From NCBI RefSeq assembly GCF_902652985.1, contig NC_047016.1, forward strand, positions 18,414,001-18,478,000: a DNA stretch of 64,000 bases, given 5' to 3'. Source of the DNA: Pecten maximus (Eukaryota). Numbering within the stretch: the stretch's first letter is position 1; each line of letters opens with the position of its first letter. The notes under the pieces were generated by a model, which did no database searches, was not told the origin of the DNA, and worked only from the letters and a program-made list of their open reading frames with translations. Of the stretch, positions 63,059 to 64,000 are shown piece after piece. The position numbers were made by a program, and so were the translations under genes.

Positions 63059-64000
63059 GTATTCTTTGGAGTTCAAAAACCGCATTGCCTAAGGACAAAT
63101 TAGATCCAAACAAGAGCATGGGGCTACTTCACGAAATAACAATGCATTTAGTTCAATACGAACGGCATTTGACGTGTTTGTAATAGACGTCCTGGATGAT
63201 TGCGGATACTTCTTTGGTAAAGTGGATAACCTGATGCCTTTGTCATTCGGTTTTTGTTATATTTTATTCCTTTTGCGTTCTTACCTTGATGATCTTATCG
63301 CTACCTTTATAGGTTGTAACACTACCATCTTGTAACAGCGTCAAAGTTATGTCTTAAATTTGCTTTCACGCGTGTTGAAGGTAAACGAAGGTTGGTTGTA
63401 TTTGAAAGTAGGCGTATTGATAGTTAGCTAGACTGCAAGTTTTTCTAAAGATTTGCAAGCTGAGTTCTAGTTCTTGATTAGTTCACTCTAGTTGGAATCA
63501 GACACATCCCATAGACCAAAATTACAAAGCTCAGTTGTATTTTACTATTTTACTATTCTAGAGACAGGGGACAGTCTAATAATAAACCTGCCGATGATAG
63601 CTTAGTTATCATTAATCTTCATGAACGTAGGCTGGATGATAGTAGTTTAATAACTATATGTTAGAATAGCCTTACAGTTTTGGTAAATTATTAAACTGGA
63701 CATGTAGACATGTCTTATTGACGTAACTTTAGGTATACCAACAAGTCATTTTCCTATTCTCAGCTTATTGGCTGCACGTAGATTTCTTCCTTACTCACAG
63801 TAAGCTGTCTGTATCAACCGTACCAATAACAGATTTTACACAACCTGACTCGGTACTGTGTCGGTTACCAGTCATGCCCCAAACACATAAACAGTGTTCC
63901 TCGTCATGCTGATACAGTGATGTTAGCTTTCCTGAAATCCAAAACATTTTGTTTCCGTATGACATTTAAATGGCCGACTTGTTCATTTCGGTACGATTTT

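Overview
AT-rich, intron-rich eukaryotic DNA from an invertebrate animal, probably a bivalve mollusc (inferred from an innexin, V-SINE-like and Helentron/HINE-like repeats). Host genes: two tandem, same-strand, seven-exon paralogues encoding an EgtD-like (Methyltransf_33, amino-acid N-alpha-methyltransferase family) protein. Copy 1 (681-30163) is intact at about 317 aa. Copy 2 (39900-53904, possible upstream micro-exon at 36629) carries three single-base insertions. A divergent two-exon innexin lies at 61152-62777. Intron 5 of copy 1 is inflated to about 17.5 kb by nested elements: a decayed LINE, then a Kolobok DNA transposon (13400-27570; internally deleted transposase on +, P2X7-C-terminal-like KolX gene on -), into whose first coding exon an intact, young ISL2EU/PIF-Harbinger-group element has inserted (13816-20271; about 485-bp TIRs; THAP-DDE transposase and a convergent PHD-SWIM-YqaJ gene). 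Other notable items: mirror-image promoter/splice cassettes in the TIRs that allow an in-frame Kolobok-ISL2EU fusion ORF, two minisatellites whose single ancestral monomers survive in the paralogue, a Penelope-type minimal hammerhead ribozyme in an inverted repeat, a probable solo LTR, and SINE and LINE remnants. All gene models were built by hand from GT-AG sites, exon phase and remembered family motifs; no database search was run.
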